64,000 nt of DNA, from sequence record NC_061421.1; one strand, given 5' to 3'. Of the stretch, positions 61,599 to 64,000 are shown in pieces. Each line of letters begins with the position of its first letter. Within the stretch, counting starts at the first letter, position 1. The notes under the pieces are model-generated. The model saw only the letters and a list, made by a program, of their open reading frames with translations. It did no database searches and was not told the origin of the DNA. The translations under genes were made by a program, and so were the position numbers.

Positions 61599-63887
61599 TT
61601 AAGACGCCGGGGTAACCTGGGTCTCGTTAACATCCAGCGCGGTGCGCTGCGCGATCGCTTCTTCCAGGTTGATCACGTTGATGACCAGCATGATCGGCAG
61701 GAAGTTGAAGTAACGGTAACGCGGGGTCAGGCGGATTTCACGGCCGATACGTTGGTTACGGATCATGTTGAAATCAACCAGGTACTCAGGGATGAAGCCC
61801 AGAACACCGTGCTGCAGCGGATGCGGCTCAGACTCGTTCGGCAGGATGAAGGTCATGACGATTTTGTCTTTCATACGCAGATCGGAGATACGCGCGATGG
61901 TGTAATCGTAACCGATACCCACGGTGCGGTCATCGCCATTGATCTGGATGTACTGCGGCAGACGCATGTCAGTACCGATCGCTACGTGCGGCTTCGGAGA
62001 ACGGCCAGAGAAGGCAGCTTCCAGAGCAGCGGTGTAACCGGTCAGCTGATCAGCGGTGTAAACCATTTCGTTGATTTTGGAAACGATCAGGCCCTGGATA
62101 TCGGTCTGCTTAGCAGCCGAGGTCAGGTTGTTCAGATCGTTCAGCACGTCAATGGTCGCTTCGTTGTAGTACGGACGAACGTAGTACTGGCCAACGCCTT
62201 CCAGACCGAGGTTAGATTCGATCGGATGCGGTACACCAACGCCCAGGTAGGACTTCAGGGTGTCGGCGCGGTTCAGCAGGGTGGTCACAGCGTTGTTACG
62301 CATCTGCTGAATACGGTACGCAGTGGTCAGTGCTTCCAGGCGCGGATAGGTTTTGTCGTCTTCAACCATGGCCGGTTTAACGATGACCAGCGGCGGCAGA
62401 GTCGGGATCATGAAGCCCTGTTTCTGTACGTCGGAGTCGATCAGCAGGCCCATTTCCAGCTGGTTGATGTTGGTCAGACGCGCTTCCAGGCTATAACCTA
62501 CGCCGGTTACGGTCAGGCCGCTCAGTGCCGCAGAAACGCGAGAATCGGTCAGGGCGATTTCTTTGCCTTCTTTATCGAAGACACGCGCCAGACGCAGGGC
62601 ACGCAGAGAGGTGTCGCCGTTACCGTTTTCGACGTTCATTTCGCCGTCAACTTTCACGTCCAGTTCGATGCGGTAGCCCAGATCAAACAGATCTTTCAGC
62701 AGTGCAGATTCCGCGCCAGCCACGGTGGTGCTTTCTTCGCCCAGGCCCAGGGAGGTGTGGAACTTCAGCTGCATCAGACGGAAGTTGTATTCACGGGTCG
62801 CCGTGTACGCAGCGTACTGGTCGCGGTTTACGTCCAGTGCGAACAGTTCAGTGGTACCGCCTTTGGTGACCGAGATCAGAAGCTGTTTCAGCGCAATACG
62901 GCTGTCCAGGGAGTCGGTAAAGGTCATGGAACCTTTTTTCAGACGGGACGGAGTTTGCGCCAGCATCAGCAGGTTGAAGCCTTCGCCGTTTTCGCTGAAT
63001 TTCAGGAAGTTGGTGTCGAAGGTATCTTTACCTTGTTTCACGGTCTGCGCAGGCAGGACGGACGGATCGATGAACTGTTCGTCGTTTTCGCCGGACTGGA
63101 TAACCGGGATCAGCTCGGTGCTGTTGGTTTCCAGAGTGGTGTAATCCAGCAGACCTTGCAGGATGTTACGTTTGGAGATCTCTTGTTTCTCGCCGCTCAG
63201 ACCTTCGCCGGTCCAGCCTTCCCATACCAGGTTACGACGGATAGAGAGCTGGAAGCCAGCCTGGTCCGGGGTAACGATATAGGTGCGATAGAACAGTTCA
63301 GCGAACTCGTGCTGTTTTGCCACGATCATGTTGATCGCGTAGGAATGTTCGCGCCATTTTTCGGTTTCTTTCTCATCGAAAGATTCCAGAGACGGCAGAG
63401 ATTTTGCCGGCAGAGTCGCGATGGAACCGTTAGCGCCTGCGGAAACGAATTCGTTCACGCGAACGTCGCTTTCGAAAGACGGAACGGCGTAACCGTCACG
63501 GTAATACGCACGCGGGCTGTTGTGGGACATCGCCAGAATAGCGGCAGCTTCCACTGCAACTTCTTTCTGGTGCTGGCGCAGGTCATCACCGCCGTCAACG
63601 AAACCTTCGCCTTCGCCATCAACCGCGTCGGTAGCTTCGGTGATCGCAGAGATCTGCTCAACCGCGTCGTTCAGGGAATCCTTCACTGCTTCCAGGGTGT
63701 TTTCAATGTCATCAGCCTGAACGCCCAGCGCGTCGTAGCTTTCCAGAGCTACGGACATGACACCGGCAGCCTGACCCTGTGGCAGCATTGTGTGGTTCTT
63801 TTCAACGGACTGGCGAACGCTGTCGACCAGTGATTTAATTGCGCCAGCAGCGCCGGCGTTAAGAAGACCTTTTTTAGGACGTGCCAT
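61599..63887 (-). CDS. Major capsid protein precursor (phiKZ gp120 / SPN3US gp75 type)
   Basis: 762 aa; acidic propeptide ending ...PSLE|SFDEK; FAELFYRTYIVTPDQAG and PRYRYFNFLPIM segments; very strong high-expression codon bias; AAGGA SD. Confidence 0.9.
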   Translation of the reverse strand: MARPKKGLLNAGAAGAIKSLVDSVRQSVEKNHTMLPQGQAAGVMSVALESYDALGVQADDIENTLEAVKDSLNDAVEQISAITEATDAVDGEGEGFVDGGDDLRQHQKEVAVEAAAILAMSHNSPRAYYRDGYAVPSFESDVRVNEFVSAGANGSIATLPAKSLPSLESFDEKETEKWREHSYAINMIVAKQHEFAELFYRTYIVTPDQAGFQLSIRRNLVWEGWTGEGLSGEKQEISKRNILQGLLDYTTLETNSTELIPVIQSGENDEQFIDPSVLPAQTVKQGKDTFDTNFLKFSENGEGFNLLMLAQTPSRLKKGSMTFTDSLDSRIALKQLLISVTKGGTTELFALDVNRDQYAAYTATREYNFRLMQLKFHTSLGLGEESTTVAGAESALLKDLFDLGYRIELDVKVDGEMNVENGNGDTSLRALRLARVFDKEGKEIALTDSRVSAALSGLTVTGVGYSLEARLTNINQLEMGLLIDSDVQKQGFMIPTLPPLVIVKPAMVEDDKTYPRLEALTTAYRIQQMRNNAVTTLLNRADTLKSYLGVGVPHPIESNLGLEGVGQYYVRPYYNEATIDVLNDLNNLTSAAKQTDIQGLIVSKINEMVYTADQLTGYTAALEAAFSGRSPKPHVAIGTDMRLPQYIQINGDDRTVGIGYDYTIARISDLRMKDKIVMTFILPNESEPHPLQHGVLGFIPEYLVDFNMIRNQRIGREIRLTPRYRYFNFLPIMLVINVINLEEAIAQRTALDVNETQVTPAS

Positions 63888-63951
63888 TTTATTACGTTCC
63901 TTTAATAACGTTATTTTAGAAACTCTCTCGACAGCGCTGTCAAGAAATTGT

Positions 63952-63955
63952 CATA
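63952..63955 (-). promoter_or_regulatory. Candidate late promoter TATG upstream of the capsid gene
   Basis: CATA on + about 65 nt upstream of the capsid ATG; matches the phiKZ late consensus; a 4-mer alone is weak evidence. Confidence 0.35.
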
Positions 63956-64000
63956 TGATTCTACAGGTTAAGGCTGAGTTTGTTTCATATTATACTACTA

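Noticed and set aside
61752-63833. 693-aa ORF on the + strand
   Set aside because: In-register antisense shadow of the capsid gene caused by its strong codon bias; no SD and no protein-like motifs.

Overview
A 64-kb, almost entirely coding segment of a phiKZ-like jumbo myophage (Chimalliviridae-type). Enterobacterial-style codon bias in the capsid gene and a spanin pair point to a Gram-negative, probably enterobacterial, host. Read on the minus strand from the right end, the window holds the major capsid protein, a non-virion RNAP beta-N subunit, portal (+), baseplate and fibre-attachment proteins, RuvC, dTMP kinase, a holin-like gene and an embedded Rz/Rz1-type spanin pair (+). Next come two tail fibres and a small tip protein, the central spike (+), SbcC, an early small-gene cluster, RNase H, UvsX and a YspA/SLOG protein. 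The left part carries four virion-RNAP subunits (beta-N, beta-C, beta'-M, beta'-C), the tape measure/lytic transglycosylase (+) and the prohead protease. No tRNA, CRISPR array, intein or intron was evident by eye. Family assignments rest on recognised motifs and recalled phiKZ/SPN3US synteny; no database search was run. The most unusual signals: (1) long intergenic hairpins repeatedly followed within 0-5 nt by the late-promoter tetramer TATG; (2) a pair of covarying GAGA-tetraloop hairpins in the leader of the early nvRNAP operon; (3) an ADP-ribosyltransferase-like gene, possibly virion-packaged, inside the protease/vRNAP cluster; (4) a fibre gene and a tip gene separated only by one in-frame stop.
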